Shown: one piece after another, positions 24,501-37,141 of the stretch
Position numbering within the stretch: the first letter of the stretch is position 1
Layout: each line of letters begins with the position of its first letter
Assembly (NCBI GenBank): GCA_017499595.2
Contig: CM039004.1
Coordinates: forward strand, 2,542,001-2,606,000
From: Psilocybe cubensis
Lineage: Eukaryota
Direction of reading: 5' to 3'
Length of the DNA: 64,000 nt
Notes under the pieces: model-generated
What the model saw: the letters and a program-made list of their open reading frames with translations, nothing else
Told to the model about the DNA's origin: nothing
The model's database searches: none
Position numbers and translations under genes: made by a program

Positions 24501-27105
24501 GCTGCTGCTGTTGGTGCTGGGGAGGCGGCGGCGCCTGGTACGACGTCTGCGGTGTATACTGATACTGCTGCTGCTGCTGGGATTGTGGAGGGGGCGGCTG
24601 GAACGCACCCTGTGCTTGTGCTTGTTGTTGTTGTTGTTGTTGGTAACTGGTGTACCCGCCACCTGACACTGAAACGGACACGGACGCGGGCACCGAGACG
24701 GGCGTCGTTGTCGTATCGCGTGTTGTCCCTCGCCCTCCTCCGCCTCCGCCTCCTGCACTGCTGCTGCTGCTGATACCGTTCGCCGGTCCACTGCCACTCC
24801 CACCACCACCACCACCTCCTCCTCCTCCACCGCGTCGTCGTTTTGAGGAATTGGACGATGAAGATGCCGTGGTTGTCGTTGACGATGGTAACGGCGGTGG
24901 CGGCTGGTAATGCGATTGCGAAGACTGCGATGGGGCCTGAGGGTGCTGATAATGATGCGCGGACGAGGAAGATGTCGAAGTTGACACTGAGGACGGGACC
25001 TGTCTACCACCACCACCTCCTCCTCCTGTTCCCGCTCCATAGTGCGACTGCGGTGTTGACGAAGAGGAAGAGGATGTAGAGGGTAAAGTCGCAGAGGACT
25101 GATATGGCGTCTGCGCGTGATGGTACGCGCTGCTGCTGCTACTACCACCCCCACTCGTTATATGCCCTCCTCCTCCTCCACCAGACGAGCTGTGATACCC
25201 ACCCGCCCCCGCCCCCGATCCAGATCCAGAATGAGAGTGAGAATTAGAATTAGAATTAACCATAGACGTCGAAGCAGAACCTCCCCCACCACCTCCCCCT
25301 CCTCCTCCCCCTCCTCCGCCACCACCACCACCACCGCCGCCGCCCCCGGACCCCGGACCCGAAGAAGACGATGAAGACGAAGGGTAGCCGCGGCCGTAGT
25401 ACTGCAGCGGCTGCGGGACGTGCTGGAGCTGCATTGGCGATGCGGTCGTTGGGAGCGGGAGGGGGAGAGGGAGGGGCGCGGGCGCGAGGGGTGTCATTTC
25501 TTGTTGTTGTTGGTGTTGGTGTTGGTGTGGTTGTTGATGATGGTGTTGAGGATGTTGAGGATGTTGAGAATGTTGAGGGTGTTGAGGGTGGTGCTGTTGT
25601 TGTTGTTGATGGTGTTGTTGTTGTTGTTGCTGTTGCTGGTGATATTGCTGGTGAGACTGGCTCTGGCTCTGGCCTTGGGAATGTTGAGAGCGCAGGGAGG
25701 TTGGTGGAGGCGGCGCTGGCGCTGAAGTTGAAGCTGGTTGGGAGTAAGACGACGAGGATGAGGAGTGTAGAGGTTGTAGATGAGATTGAGACTGCGATTG
25801 CGATTGCGACTGCGACTGCGACTGCGAGGAAGAGTGGTACGAGGACGATGAAGATGCGAGGTGCGACTGCTGCGATGCCGCGCGCTGTAGCGGCGTCTGT
25901 TGGTGTTGTTGCTGCTGCTGTTGTTGGTATTGAGAGTGGGAGGACTGGGAGGAGGAGGAGTATATGTCGTGGTGCGGCTGAAGTGGCGGTCTGCTCGTCG
26001 TCGTTGTCGTCGTCGTCGAATTGGAGTGGTAGCGATCGCTGCTGTGTCCGTGTCCCCCACCACCTCCACCACCACCTCCGCCTCCTCCACCACTACCGCC
26101 GCCGCCGCCGCCGTGCCCAGCGTCCATGGACGACGACGAGGTGGATGAGGAGGGTGTCGCGTGCAGCGGGATAGCGAGGAGGCGCGCGGTGCGCGACGAG
26201 TTGCTCGTTGAGAGGCCGTAGCTTGATGTCGTTGTTGTGGAAGGCGGGGGCGGGTTGGACGCTGAGGATGAGGAGAAGGAGAGGCGGGACGAGCTGCCCC
26301 CTCCGCCTCCGCCGCTGCTGCCGCTGCCGGTGATATGATTAAGGTACCGCGAGGAAGAGGACGATGGCGGTGGCTGGTGGGCGTATGAGGAGGATGGGTG
26401 GTGCGATGAGGAAGAGGAGGAGGATGTTGAATAGTGGTGTGGCCAGCTGCTGCTGCTGCTGCTTCCTCCCCCTCCTCCACCACTGCCGCCGCCGCCGCTA
26501 CTACCACCACCACCACCTCCTCCACCACCACTTGTGCTGGACGGATGTAGACTCGTATCGGGGGACGCGGAGGACGGCGGGGGTGGAGGCGGCGTCCATT
26601 GGTGGTGGTGGTGCTGGGAGCTGTAGCTCGAGCTCGAACTGGGCGGGGGTGGGGGCAGCGCGGCGCTGCTGTGTCCCTGGCTCTGGCTCTGGCTGTGGTA
26701 GGTCGTCGTGTACGAGGAAGACGAGGCGGAGGCGGAGGATGTGACGGGCGGTAGGGGCGGTGGGTAGTGCGAGGAGGATGTGGATGAGGAGAGGGAGGAG
26801 CGGGAATGGCGGAGAGAGGAGGGCGGGTGGAGGAGGCTGCTCATACCACCACCACCACCGCTGCTGCTACTACTACCGCCGCCGCCGCCGCCGTAATGGC
26901 TGTGGTGAGAGTGGGAGTGAGAAGAGTGTGGTGGGCCATAGTGGTCGTATGCCGAGGACGAAGATGAAGATGAGGATGGGGGTGGGAGGTGTGTTGTTGA
27001 GCTGGAGGAGGAGGTGGTGGTGGTTGAGCTGGGAGGATAAGACGAGTACTGGTCGTAGCTCGAGGAGGAGTGGTAGAGCGGGTATCGGCCGTCGGATGAA
27101 GACAT
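21530..27105 (-). CDS. GATA zinc-finger transcription factor (CX2CX18CX2C, NsdD/Gat1-like), ~1659 aa, mostly low complexity
   Basis: Exons 27105-23461, 23078-22140, 22077-21981, 21893-21847 and 21781-21530 splice in frame (4980 nt). They give CLGCNATSTPEWRRGPLG/PRTLCNACGLVYAKM/IKKR, with the finger split by an intron. Confidence 0.9.
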
Positions 27106-27713
27106 CGCTGCGTTTGGGTTTGGCTAAACTGCTACTACTACTACGACAACCACTTTTTTTTTTTAATTGAAATTGATAAGGCGGGGAAGTGTGGAGGTGC
27201 GTGTGTGTTGTGGTGATAGCGCCCCTGATAACGGATACAACGCGCCTGTGGGGTTGGGCGGGTGGTGGGAGAGGGAGATGGAGATGGACTGGATGGGGGC
27301 CAGCAGGATAGGGTCAGGGAAGGGAAGGGAAGAGAAGAGAAGGGAAGAGAAGGGAAGGAAGCAGAGGTGGGCTGCCGTGCACGTTCAACTTGACCCGCAG
27401 AGCCTAATTCCAACAAGATGAAAAAGGTGACCGTGTTACAAAAATGAAATGTGCGAGTAATAAAAAAAGATTTTAAGAAAAAAAAAGGTGGTGGAGAGTG
27501 TAGGTCGGAGGTGGGGACGGACGGCGTTTAATTGTTCTATAAGAGAAAAGAGATCTAGAGAGAGAGAAGTGAGGATCATCCCGTCATCAGTAATGTTATT
27601 CCTGGCTATCGGTGGTCGTGGTATTATTCGTGCAGTGTTTTTGCACGCACGGGTCACCGTTGACGTTGGGGTTTTTTGCGTACCTGAGCTTGAACTTGAA
27701 CTTTTTGCCCTCG

Positions 27714-27770
<57 letters not shown>

Positions 27771-27771
27771 C
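27714..27771. repeat. (CT)n microsatellite upstream of the GATA gene
   Basis: Direct CT/CTTT run. Confidence 0.9.
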
Positions 27772-28434
27772 AGATTAGAGCGCCGTGCGTGCAGGGAACA
27801 TGGGTCGGCTTGATTCGTGGTGGTGGTCCTGGCGACAGCGACAGCGATGGCAGGGCAAGGGCAGGGGCAAGGGCAGGGACAGGCGGGAAGAAATTGGCAC
27901 TGGCAGAAACGTCAACGGTCAAACTGTAAACGGTCAACGGTCAACACTTGTCATCCATCTGTCCGCTGTCCAATAGGGATTCAGATTCAGATCCAATCCA
28001 ATTGCACAATGCAATGCAATGCAAGGCAATTATGCAAGGAGGCTGGTGCTGGTTTTGTTGTGAATGTGAATTGTGAATTGTGAATTTGTGAATTGTGGAC
28101 CGAAGAAAAATAAGCCGAATTTCGGATTCGGATTTGGATTTGGATTTGGATTTGGATCCGGGTTTGTGAGCTGAGCTGTGAGCTGTGAAACTCCCGCCAA
28201 TACAGTAACTTGGTGAAATCAATAGAACGGAATTAAATGAAATGAAAACAAAAAGCGAGATAGAATTAGAATTGGAGATGCCAACAGCCACGACCACGAC
28301 GACAACCGCAACAACCGCTACAACAGCAACAACAAAAATTTAAACGCCAAATCAACAGGCACGCGCGCCGGTGATGTTATGCGTTATGCAATGCAATGCA
28401 ATGTTGCAATGTATATGTAAGTGAAATGCGACGA

Positions 28435-28470
28435 GTATGTGTATGAGTATGGGTATGAGTATGAGTATAA

Positions 28471-28511
<41 letters not shown>

Positions 28512-28512
28512 A
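28435..28512. repeat. Hexamer microsatellite (GTATGR)n
   Basis: Run of gtatga/gtatgg units. Confidence 0.9.
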
Positions 28513-29713
28513 GAAAAAAAAAAAGAGGCCGTCGCGTCCCTGTTCCCTGTTCCTCGTTCACGTTCCCGTAAACGGCGTAGTTATGTATGTACGTATGTTA
28601 TAGGTGTATAATACGTTATAGGTATAAGCTCAGATGGTGAATTCTCTCATTCTGAAAAGGATACGTTACATGCTCCTACTCCCCTGCCCCTTCCCCTGCC
28701 CCTGCAGTGCTTCTCCGTAACTACGCGAAGAAAAACCACACAGACTGAATCTGAAGTCTGGGAGTCTCTGTACGGGCTGGAGAGCCTGGGGCGAGCCGTC
28801 ATATGCATCATACGAGTGACGAGTCCGGGATTCATCACCATTAACTTTTCTAAATCTAATTCCGCCGTTCAAACTTCAGCCGTCCCATTGGCAGTATTTC
28901 ACCGTAGTCTGAGACGGTCTGGAGTCTGGATTCAGGGTCGACGACTCGATTCGAAGCGCATCCGCGTCCGGGCGAAATCGCGTCGCGACTCGCGACGACC
29001 GTCGACGCGACGCGATTTCGGATTGCTTGTCAATTAATGGTCATCGAGTTAATCTGTAACTTTTTCGCAAGTAAAGTAAATAAATTCTTTTTCGACTGCC
29101 ATCGTCCACTGTGGACATTAAGTACCAGTATTCTTCGCCTCGTCCCAATGGCAATGGCAATTGGCGGACTGGCTAAGGCGGAGGCTAAGGCGGAGGCGGA
29201 GGCGGAGGCGGAGAAAAGAGGCAACGGCAACGGCAACTTGAACCCCAAGTGTTTTATCGTACAAAGTACTAAGTACCACCGTTTTACTATCTATTCAAGA
29301 CTCGAGACTCAAGTCGCCGATCTAAAACGTCCGTCCGTGTCCGTGTTCGTGTCCGTGTCCGTGTCCATGTGTGCCCATTGTTCAAACGACCTCCACTTAT
29401 TTTCTGTCATGTCATGTCATATCAGAAGAGCTCAGTCAGATCTGCAGAACTTGAAAGAAAAAAGAAGATATTAAGAGATATCATTAAAGGATCCACTTCT
29501 GCCATAAGTCATTGAGCACAGACCACAGACACTTGATGATGATGTTGTTGTTCAATGTTACCCATGGCCAGGAGTGTATAGTCGGACCTCGGACCTATAA
29601 TATTATAAATATGTAGACTTGTGAGTAAGTAGTATCACCGCGTCATCATATCATTGATCATTGATCATGACATGGACACTTCATAGCCAAAGTCAGGCTG
29701 ATCCAATCCATCA

Positions 29714-29774
29714 TTCCCTCCTTCAATCTTCCCTCCTTCAATCTTCCTTCCTTCAATCTTCTTCCTTCCTTCAA
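29714..29774. repeat. 15-bp tandem repeat (TTCCYTCCTTCAATC), about 4 copies
   Basis: Directly visible imperfect tandem copies. Confidence 0.8.
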
Positions 29775-32700
29775 GTGACAAGTCACGACATAGTTCCCTA
29801 ACCCTTTCTTAAAATAACAAAATTAACCCTTTCCGTCCCGTCAGTTTGGAACCGCCGTTCAAGACTTTTCTGGATATACCATTACTATAGCTATGAGTAT
29901 AGGTCATGTAAGGCCCGGCGCGGGTAACTGACGTCGTTGACCTCGATCTCTGACTAGTGACCTCGACTGAGCATTTGCCACTTGCCGCGCAGCTACGCAG
30001 CGACGTAGCCACTCGGACACTGGCACGGCGCGCCGCGTCGCATCGCGAAGCGGCGCTGAACATTATCCAAATCCCAATCCTTGCCGCTAGGCACTGGACA
30101 GAATTATCTCACTTCTCCCGTTCACGGTTCAGCGCTCACTACATAATGCATAATGCAATGCATAACCATATTTCACAATAATAATAATAAATATCACTGA
30201 CCAATCCGGTTCCAAGTACCTTAGCCGAAATTAAACGCCGGGCGCTTCACCTTCACCTTCACCTTCAAGTTCAAGGTCCCGTGCCAACTTGTCGTTTTTT
30301 TGCTCCCACTGACCCACTGTGCTCCCACTCACGCCGATGCAATGGATTGAAGGATTCGGGGGGTCAACTCGTCGTGTTCACGTACATGTACATGTTCATG
30401 TTCATATCCATACTATTGCTAATGCTAGTTCACACGCAGACCCTACTCTCCCTCGATCCACGCTTCCCCAAACTTTGATTATCATGTTATATGAACGTGC
30501 GTTACCTTGCTTAGATACAATAGGCATGGATTCCGATGAAATGATAAATCAATCACATACTCACTTATCACATCCAGCCTTGTTCAATGTTTTTTTGGGG
30601 TGGCGGATCGGCACTCGTATTCAACGGTCACTGGCCGGTGGCCAACAAGACTTCAAATTCATGAGAAGAAAGGTTAGTTAATATGATATTGACATATGAT
30701 ATAATATAATATCTACAGGATATGTTAATTTTTACTTTCGCTTCCGTGTCGTTACGATTTTGATTGGAATTGTCATTGTCATTGGAGCCTTTTGACGGAT
30801 TGGATTGAAGTCTGAAGAAGAAGATTGATAATTTAATTCAGTTTGATTGTTTTTTTTCTCAGGCTGGAACCTCCGAGTCCTAATTGCGGAGGGTCGCAGT
30901 TGTAACTTGTACTTGCAATAAGATTAGAGGGTGTTACTACTAGTACTACTAGTAATTAGAATCTGAGCTGTACAGATTATAGTAGTATATACATACCTTG
31001 GTAGCATGAACTGTACTGGCAGTTTCAGCCTGAGATCAGATAATAATAGCAATAATCCATAGTATCACCGGTCAATATTCAATATTCAATGGTCAGTCGA
31101 ACAATACACACACGCTTTATCTGTCATCATCCCTATCATCCCTACAAATTCAATTACAAGATCCCTGATCAACGAGTCCCGAAACGTGTTATTGTCGGTG
31201 TCACCAATGCCATCAATAGAATTTAGAATCGATATACTTAGACGCGTTTTAGCTAGAAGCGTTTTGGGTTTTTATTAGGAGCTTGAGTGATTCCTTACAA
31301 TACTAGTAGTCCTACTTGTGGAATCTGGATAATTAATAGATATCACATATAATAGTACCACACATGCTAACTCTAACTCGTGTGCCAGTGTATGAATTCC
31401 GCAGCTACATCCAAACTACATCCGATAGGGAATATACTACGCGATCAGTTTCGTCTCACTCTTTTCTCAAGTTTTATTTCGTAACTTTATGTAAGTTTAA
31501 AGTCAAAAAGTACAAGTTTAAATTAAAAATACGGCGCGCTCAGGCTGGCGTTAATAATTATTGACACACTGGACGCTGACCAGTGACGGCTGCGCACGTC
31601 GTGAGTAATGGTAAGCGACAGTCCCTGTCTGTCACAGTGATAATGATAATGATAATGATAATGATGATGATGTTGTTGGATAACTAGAATGTCAATGCAT
31701 ACAAATTATAATTATAAAAGCCTATAAATATAAACCTCCATTCATTTCGTATCGTTGAAGGCTTGAAAGCTCGAAGCTCAGGCTCAGCATGCCCATTTGC
31801 ACCCAGCACGCGGGTGTTTTTAGATTACAATTTATTTGCATTACCACTGTACTGTGCCAGTGACCGCTTCACACGGTGCGGCTGGCCACAATTCAATCAC
31901 GGTATCGCGTAATTCATTTCGATGATTTTCGACTTGAAATAAACCCGAGCCTGAGATTATTGATACTGATAGTAATACTAATACATAACCTTACCTACCT
32001 ACCTACCTACCTGGGCCACGAAATGTGCGTTGCAAAAACGATACTGTACATACGCGATATATTAATATTTGATATTCCCATGGTGGATCACCCGCTTCGG
32101 ACAAAGCGTGAAAACTGAATATACATACTCTTCGCACTCCCGAGTCCCTGGCACCGTCTAATCGTATTGGTATTTAAATTGTCCGTCACGTCAGTTTATA
32201 GCCTCTTTGACCTGACGACGAGACAAGGAGACAGATGCCGTCTGCTGAGTCGTTACTACATACTTAGTGGTGAGAAAAAAAACAATTCATGATACCATTG
32301 TCTGAGAATTCAGACTCCATAGATTATATCTGTGCGTCGGTTCTATCTTCTTTTTTTTCGCCTATGCTTATCTTGAAATTTCCAAAGTGAGTGGTCCATT
32401 CAGTTGAGGATCGGTGTAACAGCCATGGATTATCCGACCAGTATTTTTAGCACGTTCAATGAGGATTGTTGGCGTTGATGAAACTTGGAGTTGTATCAGC
32501 TTAAAATTACTAACCATAGCACCATTGGCCTATATACCATACTCCATATCCAACATATGCCTTAAAATTTGACACAAAAAAAGCCGATCGAACTTTGAGT
32601 CAAAGCCAGAGCCAGAGTCAGAGGGTGTCCTCCCGGATTAACGCAGCACATCATCATAGTCGTCATAATCATCGAATTATTTGGTATAACAGTATAATAA

Positions 32701-34233
32701 ACCCACGACAACTCCCAGACAGTCCGAGCGCCCTTTCTTCCCTGCTCCCATCCGTCCCACCGACACCGCACCACCATTCCATGCCCCATGTCCGACCATG
32801 TATCAGCAATGGAACACGATTTGATCTGGCTTCAATTTCATTCCAGCTTATGCGTGCACGAGCACCTATTTAGAAACATTAGTAGTATACATACTTCACG
32901 TTATCTATAGAGGCAATACGCTTAGCCTGTGTTGGTTGCAGGGAACCTCCAAAGGAGTCAGCTTCCTACATTACTGTGTATTAATAACACGTTATGAACT
33001 CATAACTTACGACCATTGACCTTTGAGCGTTGAATCGGTATAAGAATTATGCCGTCGTATTAGATGATACATTTTGCATTCGTGGCTGGAAAATCAATCA
33101 TATTAATTCCAATATGAAGTTAACACGTTCTCATTCTCACCTATTACCCCGTCGCATGTTCTCCCACGGTACAAAACCAGCTTAATAAGATGAAAAAGGA
33201 AATGAAAACCGACAATGCACATATCAAATAGCAGTCATTCAAAACCCGAGCTCAGAGGATATCACGAACAAAAATACAACCCCTTTGAAGCAACGCGTCG
33301 TGACCACTGCAATAGACTACCATATAAGGCAATTTAAATTCTATTTGTAGCAGCGTGGTCTCACTGTGATGGACCAAGCACGTTTCGCAGCCATACCGAA
33401 AATAAATCATGAGATATCATTCACCACCCAATATTATATGATTCTTCAACAACATATTACTTGGCACTGCACTACAGACTACAAATCCAAGTCTTACTTG
33501 TAACAGTAAGTAATAGTCGCTGAAACACTTCTGACATAGAAGATGTATAAGTAACACATTAACTAAATTTAATAGGCGGTCGATCTTTCAAGGCGATGCA
33601 TTATACGTGGTGGACGACGAGATGAAGGGATAAGGGGCTCCATGTTCCATATAAACGGAGAGAAAGATAACCAAAAGGATGCGAACTTAGACTAAATGTG
33701 AGGGGATAGTGTGTGTGTGCCATTGGATAGTCTGTGTACATGAAAGGAGGAGACTGTCGTTAATGAGGAATTGAATGCGAGGGAAGGGAGAAAGAGAAGG
33801 AGGTGACGAAACGTTGTGAAAGTGATTTGTTGAAGGATGCGTACATGTGAGATTAATCATGCCGTGGGAAATGAATGAATGAATGAATGCGATGTGATGC
33901 GATGCGATTATTTAGTGTGATTGCGTATTGCGACGATGATGTGTGTGTTTGTGGAGAGAGAGCGAAAGAAGGAGAGGTAAAGAGATATCGAGAGTAAAGA
34001 GAGATGAGAAAACGAGAGGAAGTTGTAGTAAAAGAAAGAAGAGGTAGAATATGAGATGGAAAGACGCGCGCGAGAGAGAGAGGAAAAATAAGCCAAAACT
34101 CCGATTCACAGAACGGGTGGATCGAGAAGAAAAATAAAGAATGAAAACGGAAATAGAGAACGAGAAAAAAAGAGATAAAAAGTCAGGAAGAAAGAAAGTC
34201 TATGCCATAATGAGGCCGACCCTTGTCAGATCG

Positions 34234-37141
34234 TTACCCATCTGGCCCACGCCCTCCTTTCCACCTGCCGGCTTTCAACCCTTGGCCATCTCCGTTCGCG
34301 TGGACGTCCGCCACCTCTTCTTCTTCTTCGTATAGATCTTCATCATCTCCTTCTCCTTCCTCAGAAGGGGGAGGGGCCGGCGGATGATGAGCAGTGGCGC
34401 CAAGTTTACCACTGGCAGCTTTCGCAGCTCGTTCCCTCGCTCGGCGCCGCCTCTTCAAAATCTTCTTCCGATTCCTCACGGCCTTCCTAAAGGCAGCCTC
34501 GCTCCCATAGAAGAGATCATACTCGCAAAAAGCGCAGATCCATTCCTCTGCGGGGTTCTTCAGCGGTATTAGCGAACCTCCATGATTTGCTTGTGCAGTT
34601 GGAGTTCCACGAGGAGGCGTATTGCCATCAACTGTGTTTTCTTTATCCCTCTTCCCCTGTCCCCTCTTCCTCCGCGGCGGGATCTGAGCAGTCAAAAACT
34701 TTATAGGCAGCGGTGAAACGCCCAGATAAGCTCCTGCTGCGCCATGATGCCCATCTCCACTATGCGGCAGCCTTGAAGGGACATAATTCTTCAAGTGATG
34801 TGGATTCGACGCATTAGCCAGAGTAGACCGTTTCTTTTTCTTGCCCTTTGGCTTCCCTCCTCCGCTCGCCGCAGTCCCACCACTAGCCACACCATGATCG
34901 CCAGCATTAGAAGAAGGCGCAGTGGTGTTCGCAGTAGGCGTGACGGTAGTGACAGAAGCTGCCGCAACGTTCTGCTGCTGGTCCTTCGTCTTCGCCGCCT
35001 GAGCTTGCATCTGGGCCTGAGCCCTCTCCGCCCTTTCTCGGTCTCTCTCTTGCCTTTCTCGTTTCCCTTTGCCACCTGTAGCCTTGGCTGATTTCCCAGT
35101 ACCATCACCACCAGCTCCTCCTCCAGTGCCGCCTGACCCACCGTGCGCCGTTGCGGCAGCGGCAACAGCCATCTTTGCAGCTTTCGCAGCTTGCTTCTCC
35201 AGCTCCGCCTCGAACCGCTTTCGAAGACTCGCCACTTCTTCCTTTGTTGCAATCAATCGGTCGGCAGCTGAATTTTCAAGTCCGAATCGAAGGCATGCAG
35301 TAGGAAAGCAGCGACAGTATACCATGGATGATCGGAAACAGGTGCAGGTGCAGCAACAACAAGAATAGTCGGTCGCGGAAGGAATGCATAGAAACGCGCG
35401 GTTGAAGTGGCAAAGAAAGAAAAGAAAGACAATAATCAGAAAGCGTTCATCGATAAGGGTGAGATGAGAAGATAATTCGAGCCATCGTGTGGCCGGGAAC
35501 AACATGAGCGCGCGATGGCATAGGAGGAATGCAAGGTGAGAGACATGAAAAATCCAAGCCAACAAATTTCCGAAGGGACTGTCCGGATAATCATGTGTCA
35601 TGTGAAATCATACATCCAATGCCATTGGCCAATCATATCCCAGCCCACACAATTGACTTCAAGTTGTCAATGAATTGCGGTTTCAAGAACAACGAAACAG
35701 GGCGTGACAAAAGGCAAAAAGGGAAAAAAAGAGGAGAGCAAGAAAAACACTCACTACCGCTAGGACAGGAAAACTCGAATTCACATTCAGGAAAAGGTAC
35801 GGCATCCGGATGTCGTATTCTCCTCTGCGGCATGGCGAGCATGATCTTCATCGCACGCGCCAGGCGAACAGTCCTCCTCTTCGACTTGCGAACTGATAAT
35901 CCCTGTGCTCGAGCCTGTGCATGCGGGTCATCCGAAGAATCTGGACTGGAATTTGTCTTGCTCAAACCACCGGCCCCGTAGGCACGGTACCCATAACTAG
36001 CGCTGGTCAGAGCTTGATCCAATGCTAAGGTATCGCCATGCGAGAGAGCACCCATGACAGCAGCTAGTTGCCTCTTCCGACTTTTCAGCAATTCTTTATG
36101 TTGTAGTCCAGCGAGAGTAACGGCCATCAATTTACCCCTTTTGCGAGCAACCATGGCGAGCTGTCCAGGGAACGGTGCAGGAGGGTAAGGGTGAGCTGGA
36201 TTGCTGAAGTTCGGGGAGTGTGATCTTTCTCGTTCTCGTTCTCGTTCTCTGTCTCGTTCGCGTTGGAACTGCAGTTGAGCATCATCATCCTCAAAACTGT
36301 GAACAGGTCCTCCTTCTAATGAGCCGCCATCTTCCTCCAAATATCCTGACGAGGGGCTTCCAGGTCGTATCGTGCCTTCCGGCCCTCCAGGAGACATGTT
36401 GGCGGGCACCTTGCGTTTCTTGGTATTTCCAGGTTGACGCAAGTGATCCATATAATCTCCGTCTCCTCTCCCATCATCTTCATCTCGACTACGCCCACCC
36501 GGGTTCCTCCCCAAATTCGAGCCTGCATCTGCATTCGGACCATTCACATCCGCACCGTCGCTGCCTAGACTCATTCCGGCCAGTCCCAAACCGAGCGATC
36601 CCAAACTACCCATCGCTACACCAGCGGCGGCGGCAGCTGCAGCCGCAGCCGCAAAGTGCACGCCGAACTCCAGTGAGTCGAGGTCGGACATAGGAAGGGG
36701 AATTTGTCCATTTCTTCCAGCAGCAGTGACGGCAGATATCGCAGCGGCAGCCGCCGCCGCCGCCGCGTTACTGGCGTTTCTGTTTTCGCCATCGACGTCC
36801 GTTTCACCAACACCCATAAATCTTTGCGAACCAGCCATGGGAGGCAGGTAATAGTCCTGCAGCGACAGACTCCCCATGAGTTCGTCGCTTTCAACCACAA
36901 GATCCTCTACGGAAGTGGCCCCATTGGCCATAGCTAAATGCCTTTGAACGACCTGTTGTGCGATGTGCTCAAAGAACGGCAGGTCGGGAATGGGTATTCC
37001 TGATGGTGTGGATGACATCGACAGTCCGTTCTCATTGTCCGCGCTGACTGTTGTCCGACGTCTCTTTGGGAGAGGTTTTACCCGACGAAGGGCAGGAAAT
37101 TCGGGAACGTCAAAGATTGGTGACGGTGACCCGCGATTCAT
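34234..37141 (-). CDS. Uncharacterised, probably nuclear protein with a C-terminal WICAFCEY motif, 2 exons
   Basis: ORFs 35633-37141 and 34234-35601 are joined by intron 35754-35268 (GTGAGT...TTCAG), giving CPSG-TADRL. Basic NLS-like patches (PLPKRRR, KKRKVP, KKKKRS), NASNPHHLKNYVPSRLP and EEWICAFCEYDLFYG. Confidence 0.8.

Noticed and set aside
22725-24773. 682-aa plus-strand ORF (and others at 22114-23016, 24190-24666 and 25371-26174)
   Set aside because: Antisense shadows of the GATA gene's CAG/CAA/TCN/GGN repeats and its intron; stop-poor by composition, with no domain-like sequence.
31945-31990. CTGAGA motif suggesting a TPP riboswitch
   Set aside because: The downstream TGAT..GG.TAAT.CC.GCG core is missing and there is no thiamine-pathway gene nearby.
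35268-35601. Cys-rich hydrophobic N-terminal extension of ORF 34234-35601
   Set aside because: Better explained as T-rich intron sequence that happens to stay open; the GTGAGT...CAG splice gives a sensible junction.
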